The translations under genes and the position numbers were made by a program. DNA of 64,000 bases, taken from positions 40,846,689 to 40,910,688 of the forward strand of contig NC_090396.1 in assembly GCF_036365525.1 (NCBI RefSeq). Reading direction: 5' to 3'. Positions 22,798 through 35,009 of this stretch are shown piece after piece. The first letter of the stretch is position 1, and each line of letters opens with the position of its first letter. The notes beneath the pieces are model-generated. The model saw only the letters and a list, made by a program, of their open reading frames with translations, was not told where the DNA came from and did no database searches. The DNA comes from Heterodontus francisci. Taxonomy: Eukaryota.

Positions 22798-23115
22798 GTA
22801 CAATCTGATACTCGTGTAGAATGTGTGTGTATACTTGAGGAGATTAGGTAAAAGGATGGGGAAGTATTAGTTTAACAGAAATAAATACAGAAAACGGCTT
22901 GAAAATAATAAGTTCAATAGCCTCAGTATTCCCAGAAAAGCATCCAAGGATCTCATTGCTGGTCTCGATCAAATAACTGGCGCGGGAAAGTGGAATACTA
23001 AAAAAGCAATTTTTTTTAAAAATCCCTTAAGTGCAGTTCTGTGACTCCATTAGAGAGCAGCAGTTACATCAAGATCTGTATTACTGTTCACAGCAGGAAT
23101 AGATTCATCCCCCAG

Positions 23116-23195
23116 TTACCGATTACGTTGGTGCAATGTGGTTCGTGCTCTCTTCACCATGTAATAAATCTCTGGAACTGGCTTCGCCTTGCAGG
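23116..23195 (+). other. Candidate (frameshifted) signal-peptide exon of copy B
   Basis: ccccag| acceptor, ATG at 23136 (MWFVL), then in another frame LFTM**ISGTGFALQ G|gt ending in phase 1. Confidence 0.35.
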
Positions 23196-24810
23196 GTGGG
23201 ATCATTTCTTACAGACTTAGTCCGAATGATGGAGCCCTCCATCGTTAGCACCGTGCATCACCCGGATTATAGATGTCCCAGTTGTAAAATTCTAAACTCA
23301 GGCAGCTGGTGGAACTACTTGGAAACATTCAAAGTTTGTTGTTGAAAACAGAGATAAACTAGAAAAGTATTGGGATATTTAAACCTGACTTTTCCGATTG
23401 CTCATTGTGTTTATCCTGTAAATAGCTAAGCTGTAGAGGGACCAGGAAGGTCTGGGATTTCAACTCTGCTTGTGGAGGCTGGAATTGCCCTGACAGTTCA
23501 CTTGTGATGCACTCTGTGGTGGAATAACTCGCCAACACTCACTCCTGGAACCAGGGTTTCAACTGATCTTCCACTAAGATGGAAGATCGGGGAAACTCCA
23601 TGGAAATTCTGCCCCTTTATATCAGGACTTGCACAACAGGTGCTAGACATGTGGGTGAAGTATCAGAATCTAACTCATGCCAATAACTAAAGAAGAGGTG
23701 GGCAGGTGAATTAATGGAAGTGGGACAAGGGAGCAGGCAGTTAACCCTCTTCCTGGGGTGGGTTATCTATTTAACTATCTAACCCCTTCCAATATACAAA
23801 CTGGGTGGTTTTATTTTAATAAAAAAAAGTCAACAGATGAAACTCTCCGCCGAACAAAGGCGGTGGAGGGGTGCTACCACCCGGTAAACGGGACCTGGAC
23901 CAAGCAGAGATCAGCAGCCGCCAGCCTCTCAATCCGGTGCCGGGGAGGAGGGCATGATTCCATCCCCACATCCCCAACTGACACCCCAGGATCAGGGATC
24001 GGGTCTCCCTCCAAGGTCTGGGATAGGGAGCCCCCTTGGTGCTAGTAGCAGCTGCAGCCTTGTCTGGAATGTGCCCCTCCCGAATAGAAGCCAAGCCTGC
24101 CAAACATGTTGAACTTCAGGCAGGGAGCCTTGCTAATAAAAAGACGCACGCTGTGGATTCAAAATTACACAGCATGTGGGGAAATCCGAAAGCCTTGTCC
24201 ACCACTGTCTGCAGAACCTGCTGCTGTCAAGATCAGAGCCACGGACTTATTGCAGTGTCTTATGTGTATACTGTTTTCAGTTTTGGCTTTCTTGCTTTGA
24301 GAATTGTAAGAAAACACTGCAAAATGCACTTGTAAGGTTAACAGAAACACATAAAATAATTGTGATCATTCAAAAATTTCTAGCAAATATATCTGATGGA
24401 ACTTTTAGTTCAGTGAAATACAGTTCTTTGACATTCCTGACAAAACCTAACTTATGATGCAAAAGAAAGTGAAATTGTCGGGGCCATGATCAGATCAACC
24501 ATGATCTTATTGAAGCTGGAACAGGTTCGAGGGGCCGAATGGCATACTCCTGCACCTATTACTTATGTTCTTAAATCAGGTTTGATTTGATCTCTTAGAT
24601 TTAATGATTTTTCTGTATTGTCCCCCAATAAGCAGGTGAACTGAATTCTGGAAATGGGTTCATACCACACAATAAGTCTCCTTTATGTCATCTTCTATGC
24701 AAGCACACTCAATGCACAAAGTAAGTACTGAAATGCATCTCGATAGAAAGCTCATTCAACAGCAATTGTCACTGAAGTAACATGAGCTAATGAAAATTAT
24801 TGTTTTTCAG

Positions 24811-25134
24811 AGCTTGTGAATTTTGATTGTGAGGATTTAGTGACAGGAATATTTAACGAAGATACGAAACTACAATGTACATTTAATGCAAGCAATGTGA
24901 ATACATTTGAGCTCATTGAATTGAGTAAATGTGAAAAGGATGGAGAAACATTAATCTTTAATGCAACTGAAAGGGACCAAGAAGCTCAGGGTCGAATTAA
25001 ATTACTTCATCCACATTCACAAGATATATCATTGGTAATCCAGAAAACACAACTGTCAGATGGTGGGGAATATCAATATTACCTGGAAACAACTTCTGGT
25101 CACAGCAATCAATACATCACACTGAAGGTTAAAG
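24811..25134 (+). CDS. Copy B IgV exon
   Basis: tgtttttcag|AG..AAA G|gtgagt; V-set pattern LQC..GRIKL..DISLVI..SDGGEYQY. Confidence 0.88.
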
Positions 25135-28100
25135 GTGAGTAAAATTATAATTTCCCTGTTTATTCTTCCATGTAGAATATTGGTTGCCTCTAATTTAACA
25201 TTTTAAGTTCAATAGTCGCAGCAGTCCCAGAATTAGAAAGGAAGAAAAGGAACCAGGGATCTTACCTCTGGTCCCTATCAAATAATCATACTGTAAGGTG
25301 GAATGCTAAAAAAAAATTTTTAAATCCCTTAAGTGCAGTCTAATGTGTCAGCTGTGGTTCAGTTGCTAGCACTCTTGTCTCGAAGTCGCAAAGTTCTCAG
25401 ATCAAGTCCCACTCCACAGCTTGAACACAGGTGCTGTCTTCTAGACAAGATGTTAAACTGAGACCCCATCTGCCAGTTTAGGTGGATGTAAAAGATCCCA
25501 TGGCAATATTTTAAAGAGGATCAGCTGAGATATCCCTGGTGTCTGGAACCAATATATCTTCCTCAATCAACATCACAAAAACAGATTATTTGGTCATTAT
25601 GACATTGCTGTTTGTGGGAGTTGTGTTTCCTATAACAGTGACTACACTTCAAAAGTACTTCATTGGCTGTAAAGCACTTTGATATGTCCAGTGGTCATGT
25701 AAGGTGCTATATAAATACAAGTTTTTTTCTTTTAATTAACAGCAAATTCCAGTTTTATTCTCATTCTTAAAAGAGTTTGACATGTGAGATAGGCAAACAA
25801 GAAGTTATAATGACAGTCATGTTCAAGGAGAAAAGAAAGAATGATTGTGCATTTATATAGCCCCTTTCATATCCTCAGAGCCTCCCAAAACATATTACAT
25901 AGATTGCTTTGAGTTGCAGCCACTGTTGTTGTGTAATCAATCTCAACAACCAACTTGCATGGAGAGAAGTTTCACTGATGACAAAATGGATGATCAGTTC
26001 ATCTGTTCTTGGCGGAGTTGGCTGCACAACAGATGTTGTCCAGGACACCAAGAGAACACTTTATTTTAATTCTTCCATGGGATGTGGGCATCATTGGCAA
26101 GGCCAGCATTTGTTGCCCATCTCTAGTTGCCCGTGACAATTGAGTGACTTGCTAGGCCATTGCAGACAGCAGCTAAGAGTCAACCACATTTCTGTGGGTA
26201 TGGAGTCACATGTAGGTCAAACCACGTAAGGACAGGAAAAAGTCACATGCAGGTCAAATCAGGTAAAGACAGATGATTTCCTTCTCTAAAGGGCATTAGT
26301 GAGCCTGATGGGTTTTTATGACACCTCCAAAGCACCATTATTGAGTCTAGCTTTCAGTTCCAGATTTTTATTAATTAATTAAATTGAAATTCTAGCAGCT
26401 GCTATGCTATGAACCCATGCCCCCACATCATTAGGCTGCATTATTAGTTTAGTGATACTACCACCACACCACCACCTTTGAATAGTATGTCAAGATGTTT
26501 TTTATCCACCTTAGCAGGTATAAGGAGGTCTCAATTTAAAGTCTCATCTCAAAGACAACATTTTCAACAGTGCCTGCTCCCTCAGTACTGCACTGAAGTA
26601 CCAGGCAGCATGATGTTCTCATGCACACTGTGGAATTTGAACCCACAGCCTTCTGACTCTGAAGTGAGATTGGTCCCAACTGAGTCAAGCTAATACTTTT
26701 TATTTATTTTCAATCAGCAGCAGCATAAAATGTGATAACTTTCCTTTCAATAACATGATTTTCTAATGCTGCTAAACAGTGCTGTGCAGAGGGATTACTA
26801 TCGCATATATTTTAATGTATTTCTGTTACTCTGTACATTGCAGTTTAAGAAATCAATTTCTTGTTCCTATTTTTAATATTGTTAAAACAGTGCAATTGTG
26901 TTAGTTAACATGGTGTGACGCTGTCCCCATTAAATTACAGCAGTGTTCGGGATTAATAATTTTTTTTCCAATTGAAGCATTTAAAAATCAAGTCAAAATG
27001 GCAAATTGGTACCATTAAGTATTTTCCTCTATCGCATTCCTAACCTAAGGTAACCTAAGTGTAATTAATTTAATATCATATATCTGGAAGTTATTGTTTC
27101 CCAAGAACTGTTCTTGCTTTTTGCTGTGTGGGAAGGAAGTGTAAATACTGCTCCTACATTATTCTACAGCTCTTTCTCATTACATCAATAACAATGCAAC
27201 CATCCTTTATAGCTCCATACAGTTTACCAAAAGTGACCAAATACACAAAATCCACACCAATGAGAATAACAAGACTCACTTGTGAAACGACTGGATACCC
27301 ACAGGCTCAGTTTCACTGGTTTGTCAATGGGAACCTCACATCTGAGTCTCATAATAGTACTGTCGAAACCCCACAGGGATTGCTCAAGATCACCAGCACA
27401 CTTCAAATCAAAGAAGGAGCAAGCACCTTGGAAGGTAATTACACTTGTGCTGTGTGGAATGTGGAAGACCGTGTATACGAGGTGACGAATAATCTTTCAA
27501 GTAAGTTCATAGCATTTATTCTTCATATTAAACTCAGCAAATAGCTGTTTAAAGAATTGATATTTTTTGAATTTGTTCTGAAAATGTGGACAGTGCTGCA
27601 AGGCTGTATGTAATACCCATGTCTATTTAGCCTGAGAAGGTTGTGGACCTTCTTTTTAACTTATTGCAGTCCTTTTCCTTACAGTGCTCTTTAAAATTAA
27701 CTTAGCTATTGCTATTTAATGTAGTCATGGAAGGGTAGGAATAAATGACATTATTATGCATTTGGAGGCTGATGCTGGAATTAACAATTAATTAAATTGT
27801 ATTCCCCAAATTTTCAGATTCAGTCTTGGGTCATTTTTTGAATCGTGATCACAAAAGTGAAGAGAAAAATGAAATCGTTCTCATAGTCGTCCTTGTGATT
27901 ACTGGAGCAATTTTACTTGTAATAGCAAGCTTGGTGATGTTTAAATTCAGGAGAACCAGGCTTCCAGGTATGATGGTTGTGGAAATGTTTTTGTTTCCTT
28001 TTAAAACTTTTGATTATTACATGAATTATGACATAATCTTATGTTTTAAAATCCTATTGCGTAACCTTGATTTTGAATATGCCCATAATCTGGTAACCAA

Positions 28101-30049
28101 TTCAGTTTAACCTTATCATATGCTAACTGTACAAGTTCCAAGGCTTAATAAAAAGAAGTAACAGAATCTCAAACATTCTGAATGGTTTCAAATTCCATCT
28201 GTCATTCTAATTCATATGAACATAGAATTAGGATCAGGAGTAGGCCATTCGGCCCCTTCGAGCCTGCTCCGCCATTTATAGCTGATCTGATTGTGGCCTC
28301 AACTCCACTTTTTTGTCTACCCCTGAAAACCTTTGACTCCCTTGTTAGTCCAGAATTTATCAACCTCTGCCTTAAAAATATTTAATGACCCTGTTTCCAT
28401 CGCTCTCTGGGGAAGAGAGTTCCAAAAACTCATAACCGTTGAGAGAAAAAATTTCTCCTCATTTCTGTCTTAAATGGATGACCCCTTATTTTTAAATGGT
28501 GTCCCCTAGTAGTTGTCTCTCCCACAAGAGGAAACATCCTTCAGCATCCACCCCGTCAAGTCCCCCCAGGATCTTATATGTTTCAATAAGATCACCTCTC
28601 ATTCTTCTAAACTCCAATGAAGACAAACCCAACCTGTCTAACCTTTCTTCATAAGATAACCATCTGCAACCACCCCCCCCACCCCCCTCAACTCCCAGGC
28701 ATCAATCAGTGAATCATTCACTTCCTAGAGTTGTGTGACTTACATAAGCTCTTGGCTGAATCGCTGAAAGTCAAATACATTTATATTACTAATCAGGAAA
28801 ACATTTGCTGAACAGTTTGTTCAAATGAAATCAAGAGGGATCTAAAGCTATGAATGTTGCCTAATTAGTTGCAATCATTAGATTTCCTTATGCAGTAATT
28901 GGATGAAGAAGTTGGGTAAAGAGGGGTGGATAAAGTACCAATACAAGCCATGCCGCCACCCCTCCTCCACTCCCACCAAGAGAAGGAACAAAAGCTCATA
29001 TGTGTCACACTGAACTGCTCTGGAGCACCTTCTATTTAGCCATACCCAGCCATCAAGCAGCACTGGTGGAGATATGCAAATAAGTCATCTGTGGTGTTCC
29101 AATCCACAAGTTTGGTACAGGGAAAGGTAAATGGAGGAGGGGAGAAAGGAAACATTCTTAAGTAGGAACTGAGATGTTGTAAAAATACATTATCTAGTTG
29201 TGTGCACTGCTGGCAAAGCTGGCATTTATTGTCCATCCTGAATAGCCCTGAGCTGAAGTTGTGGGGCCTTCTCCATTGTAGTTTAATACAACTGAGCGGC
29301 TTGCTAGGCTAATTTAGAGGGCAATTCGGTGTCAACCACATTGGTGTGTGACTTGTGGACTGTAGCTTTCCTTCCAGAAAGGACTTTAGTGAACCAATTG
29401 GGCTTTTCTGACAATGGCCTAAAGGTCACTGACACTTCATGGCCAGCTTTACTGATACCTGTCTTCTTTAAAAATCTGAACTCAAATTCTCCCAAAAGGT
29501 AAGGGTGGGATTTGAACTCATATCTTCCAAATACTAGTACAGAGTTCTGCATTAGTAATTAGGTAACATAACCACTACAATATCATACCCTCTAGTCAAG
29601 TAAGAGGACTGAAATTTTATGTAAAGGATGGGCTTATTTTGGATCCCTTTTGGTTATAAAATAATTTTTATAGTTGGATAAAGGAGTAAGAGAAATTATT
29701 TTAATATTCGTCAAGGAAAATGTGTGCATTGTTTATAACTGTCAATATTATCTCAATTGCACAAAGATTACTGTCTTTTTTACACATGATTAGGAGTTTT
29801 GGAACAATGAGAAATAACATACTACAAACTTTCACAACTGGATATGTTATTTCAAAGCAAATTTTATGCACCAGAATTAATTAATAAAATTTTTTTTGCT
29901 TTTATTTTAGCAGATAGAAGACAATTCGAAATTCCAATGGTAGGTATAATTTCAAACATTAGCTTATTTTTTAAAGGCTTTGTGTCATTGTTCTCATAAT
30001 TAGTTTTTTCTTTTAACAGATGCCAAGTGACCAGCAGGCTGATGTTTAA
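24811..30049 (+). CDS. B7-family PD-L1/PD-L2-like type I membrane protein, copy B (join 24811-25134, 27213-27500, 27818-27967, 29911-29939, 30020-30049)
   Basis: All junctions are GT-AG and phase-compatible, giving an uninterrupted IgV-IgC-stalk-TM-tail frame ending QQADV*. IgC motifs LTCETTGYPQAQFHW, TPQGLLKITSTL, NYTCAVWN. Confidence 0.8.
27213..27500 (+). CDS. Copy B IgC exon
   Basis: tttatag|CT..TCA A|gtaagt; both Cys and the Trp are present. Confidence 0.9.
27818..27967 (+). CDS. Copy B stalk and transmembrane exon
   Basis: ttttcag|AT..CCA G|gtatga; IVLIVVLVITGAILLVIASLVMF followed by the basic KFRRTR. Confidence 0.88.
28200..28715 (-). mobile_element. CR1 3' fragment, copy B-specific
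   Basis: gagtaggccattcggcccc..agatcacctctcattcttctaaactccaatga. Confidence 0.8.
29911..29939 (+). CDS. Copy B cytoplasmic exon 1 (ADRRQFEIPM)
   Basis: ttttag|CA..ATG|gtaggt, conserved with copy A. Confidence 0.75.
30020..30049 (+). CDS. Copy B terminal coding exon (MPSDQQADV*)
   Basis: ttttaacag|ATG..TAA, conserved with copy A. Confidence 0.75.
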   Translation: MPSDQQADV

Positions 30050-31024
30050 TAGCGATTGCAGTGAATAATTCTTATTTCTGCTTGGGAAACATGCACTGAT
30101 ATCAATGTCATGAACTATTTCAAGAACATTTTGTGAAATGATGCTTCAAATATACAGTCCAGCTGTGTCCTTTCGTGTTATGTGAATAAGAAACTTGCAC
30201 CACATAGATTATTTCAAGCACTGTCACTTTCCTGTCCAGTGAATACCTGTAAATTGCAACTATTTTTAGTTACAGCCCAGGATAATACTTCTGATTGACC
30301 AATCTCACTGTGCTAAACTCTTCACTTTTGTTTTTCTATAAAGAAACAATGCCACTTATTGCTTGTCTACTAGCACCATTGGTAAAACACTGTAAACCAT
30401 AAAACAGATGGTTACCACAAACCAGAGAGCTTATCCCTCAATCCTGGCTGGTGCCATTCAAGGAGTATCATTGTTTTACAGTTAGGATAGTAAATGGATC
30501 AGTGTGCAACATCACAACACTCTGTAAAAGGAAAAGAAAATCTTAGGTCCAGTTGCACTTGGAAAATATACTTCCTGCTGGACGATTACAGGAATATTGT
30601 GAAAAGGTTTGTGTGCTAGCCTGTATTTCTCACTCAGTAAAGGAGGAAATGTGGTTGCAGGCGGTTACATTGGAAAACTAATGTAGAGAGAGGATCTCCT
30701 GTATTCTCAAAGTTGTGTAAACTGATAATTATATATATACATTAGTAAGGACTGTAAATCACTTTACTGTAAATCAAATTGATCTATTTTGTCCTCCAAC
30801 ATATTAGTTTACTACCTTGTTCTATACCACATTTGTAGCCCTTTGATTCAAGCAAATAAATGTACAATTTTATTGTAAAATCTAATCTGACTGAAATGCT
30901 GAGTTTCACATTTTGCTCATTAACATATGTAAATAATTTTTAAAAAGCATCAATGTTTTTTTTTACTTTATCTTCATTTTGTATTAACAGAAAATGTACA
31001 AAAGTATTGCCCTTTGTAAAGTTT

Positions 31025-31097
31025 AATAAATACAGTTCTCTTCTTTCATCTGCTTTGTTCATTTGTGAAAATTCTGGACTATTTTTCATTCAATAAA
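31025..31097 (+). terminator. Candidate poly(A) signals of copy B
   Basis: AATAAA at 31025 and 31092, both conserved in copy A (~11137, ~11204), about 1 kb after the stop codon. Confidence 0.5.
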
Positions 31098-32999
31098 TGT
31101 ATCTGTCCCATTACAGTAAATGCTGTGTAAAAATATCCAAACAAACCTGATCACAAAAAGCTTTCCAAAATAACAGAGCCACTGATTGAATTTAAAGCTC
31201 CGCTTAAATCATGGAGGAGTCTGAGCCCAGTTTGGGTTTTAATATAAGCTAGCTTTGATGGTTGCATACAGTCTTATAATGAGCTACAATGAATCAATTG
31301 CAGTCTACTGGATGCTGATACTTTTCTCACGGTGTCCTTATGCCAAATGAGTGCTGTAAGTAACAGCCCTTAACTAGGAGATTGCGTAACACACTCCTCC
31401 TTGCCCCTATTACAGGCCGGTCTGGTGCTGGATATGAGCAAATTAGGAGCATTCATACACTTACAGGGTAAGATGAGCTAACAACCCAACATTTGCCATC
31501 ATTGGTGATATCCACATGTTCTCGAGCAGATTAATTATTCAGATCTTGTCAAATAAATACTCTGTTCTAGTCCATGCAAATTTTACACCCTGCCTGTGGA
31601 AAATGTTAGTTTCGAAGCTCAATATCTTAGTACAGACATTGAATTTCATACACAACGTCACTTTTATGTTGATAATCACTTTCCTTTTGACATATTCCAC
31701 TCTTCCCACTTGAGAAGGCACTGAATGTTTGCTGTGTTATTGTTCCAAGGGTAACCATCCATTTCTGATAACATGCCAACATGCTCTATTGCTCATGTGC
31801 CAACCTTTACTGTGAATGTGAGCAGGTTTTTTAACGTTGGGAGCTTTCAATTATTTGTGTGGGATAAAAAGGAGCAGGAGTGTTCTTCCAGGCCAGAAAA
31901 GAATAATCTAGGCTGCTGCTGCCCTGGGTTTCACTCTCTTTCCCCAACCTCACTCCCCTCCCATTGTTTGTCAACCCTCCAGGTCTTACATTTGTTGCTG
32001 GCTGAGCCAATGATATTGCACTGCTCCAAATCCAGCGAGGTACAATCCCCTTCATGTTACTTCTATTTTTCAATGAGGCCTGGGGCCTCAAAATATACCC
32101 ATTCTCTTCACGGCCAGAACACATTGCCATCTGGCTTGTTTCCCCGGTCGATGACTCAATAGTTCAAATCTAGCCATTCTACATTGATAAAAGCAGTCCT
32201 GACCAATTCTCACCACAATAGTGAAGGATGCTGAGGTCAATTGTGGTCTGCCTGCATCTACTCCAACTGAGATCAACTAACTGAGCACAAACGTTCTCCC
32301 TCATGTCCACCCTGTCCTGTCAAAGCTCATCTCAATTGAAATTGACCTACTGCTCCGTTCCTTAACTCCATTCCCACTAAACTCTTGGCCATCCTATCTG
32401 CCTTCTTGTCCCCGTTTTGGTTCACAGTGTAAATATTTATCGTTTCAGCAATCACATCCTCAACCACTGCCAGCACTCAGTTTCTCAAAATACTCTAACT
32501 GATCTGCTCACTTCTCAGTAATTGTCTCCCAATTCCAATCTACCTATTCTCTCTAGGGTGTTTGAACACATTGTTACTTCCCAACTCGGTGGATGTCATT
32601 CCTGCAACTCCCTGTTTGAATCACTCCAGCCCTCCCACAGCACCAAAATAGCTTTAACCAGTCACAAACGGCCTTCTCTGTGAATGTAACAGTGGTACAT
32701 TATCCCTTCTGTCATACCTGCAGCCTTCTATACCAAACCACACGCCTCCAACACCTCCCCCCTCTGGTTCTGCTGTGTGGGACCGAGCTGACTTGTTTCA
32801 ACTCAGCTTCTAATTCCAATTATGGGACTGAGGTCACCCTAAAGCAATACAGAGTAAGACATCCTGGAGTATAAAAAGTACCAAATGTTAATTTTTCTCC
32901 AACCAAAAATGCACAGATTATCTTCAGTTGAATTAAAATTGTCTTTTATCTTGTATACTGATAGATTTCATTCCAGCTAATAACTTGGCTGAATTGGAC

Positions 33000-33322
33000 T
33001 TGCTAGGAATTGAATTGAACACTCATAAAAGGATCAGCGAGAGGGCACAGATATAAATGGTTGACAAAAGAAGCAAAAGCAACATGAGGAAAAACTTCAT
33101 GCAGCGAGTGGTTAGGATCTGGAATGCACTGCCTGAGAGTGTGCTGGAGGCAGGTTCAATCGAGGCATTCAAAAGAGAATTAGACTGTTATCTGCAAAGG
33201 GAGAATGTGCAGCGTTATGATGAGAAGGCGGGGAATGGCATTAGGCGAATTCCTCATTTGGCGAGCTGGTGCAGACACGATGGGCCGAATAGCCTCCTTC
33301 TGCAGTGTAACAATTCTGTGAT
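33000..33322 (+). mobile_element. CR1 3' fragment
   Basis: RKNFMQRVVRIWNALPESVLEAGSIEAFKRELD plus tail. Confidence 0.8.
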
Positions 33323-34257
33323 TCCATCTAGCGTTTTTCTTCAATGTGAGAAAACAGCTCCCCCTGCTGGAATTAAAACTAAATGTCAAATTATATACAC
33401 AAAATTGTGTTATTTAAATGGCTAGAAAGAAATTTTATTTATGTAGCATCTCATCACATCCTTCTGGGTGTTTCAAGATGCATTACAGCCAATTAATTAC
33501 TTTTTCACAATGCCAATCACTCCCGTTATGTCTCTGTGCAGTCAATTGTGCACAGTAAGATCCCAGAAACAGCAAATTAGTTGAAGGACTTGTTTTCAGC
33601 GGGAACAATTAACATAGAAATGCTGTCTAGGACACCAGGTGATCTCCCTAGTCTTCTCAGTTATACATCTCTGGTTTAGGGAAAAGTTACATAAATGCAA
33701 ATTGATAGTGAATCTGTGAGGAGGGAACCTCTTTATAAAGTTCACATTAAGAAGTGATTGGCCATTAACCTCCATATTAAGTTATTGGCAAAAATTAAAG
33801 GAGCAAGGCACCAATAAGTAATTATATTTGAATCAGAAAATTATAAGATATAAAATCTTTTGTTGCTGTGGTTCAGAACAACACAATAACATTGGTAGTA
33901 TCAGAGGAGTTTATTTTATACCTGCCAACCTAACTGACAGTTCGGATAAAATAGAAAGAAAGAGAAGGATATCACTTTGGAGCATTTTCTGTGAGAGAAA
34001 GCAGGGATAAAAATGGCTTATGATAATGTTGACAATTAAATGACCCCTAAATCTATCATACTGAACTATCAAACAGGTTACTCCAATGCTCTGTCCAAAC
34101 CAACACGAATGTCATTCCTTTCAAATGAGTGCAACACAGCTTTGTGCGCAGTAATCACATTTGCGCATTTTAGTGATACCAAAAGTATCATCCTTTACTC
34201 CTCACCCACCTCTCCCCATTCAGGTTTCCCTGACTGATAGAACAGGTAAGAGACTTA

Positions 34258-35009
34258 GGCCAGAATTTTATGCCCCGCGCTGGAGCGCACTGCAGGCTGG
34301 TGGTGGGGGGCAGGGTGCGGGGGGGGGGGGTGTGGTGCGTACAATTGAGTGGGAGGTTGGAGGTGCCATTCCCCTCGCCTTCATGTCCTCGCTGCAATTT
34401 TACGAGTGGTGGGGGGAGGTAACAAATGGCCCCTTCGTCCCAGACTATTTAAAGCCCTTAAGTGGCCAATTAATTGGCACTTAAGAGCCTCCTCCTGCCA
34501 CTGCTAGTATATTACTAGTGGTGGGCGGGCATTTCAGGAGGCTGCCCCGTAACACCTGGCAGCCTCCTTGCAGTCAGGGAGGGGTGGGGGCCCCTCCTGA
34601 TCGGGCTAGCTCCCCTGGCACAAACCACCCCCACTGGAGTATCTCCACCCCCCTCTCGACCGACCCCTCCCTCCACTCCGCTGGGGCCCAAACAATTGTC
34701 TCTGGAAAGACCCCACACACTTACCTCATTCCGAGGCTTCCTCCATTGCTGCCCCTCTCGCTGGGTGCTGTCTGTGGCCACTGCACCTGGTGGCGCTGCT
34801 GGGACTGAAGATCTGCTGGCCTGTTGATTGGCCAGCGGCTCTTAGAGGTGGGATCCCCCGCCTCAGAGGGGCGGAAGTCCCACCCGAGGCTACTTAAGGG
34901 GCCTAGGCCACGTAAAATCATGGTGTGGCTTCCAGGCCCGGGGAGATGGGCTCACCCCTGACTTTTTGGCCGGTGGGTGGGGCCTCCGCCCCGACATAAA
35001 ATTCCGGCC
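34258..35009. mobile_element. Harbinger-family MITE
   Basis: TIR ggccagaattttatg / cataaaattccggcc, TSD tta/ttg, GC-rich interior. Confidence 0.78.

Noticed and set aside
24106-24305. Hydrophobic MCILFSVLAFLL followed by gtaag as a signal-peptide exon
   Set aside because: An in-frame TGA precedes the donor, and the context looks repeat-like.
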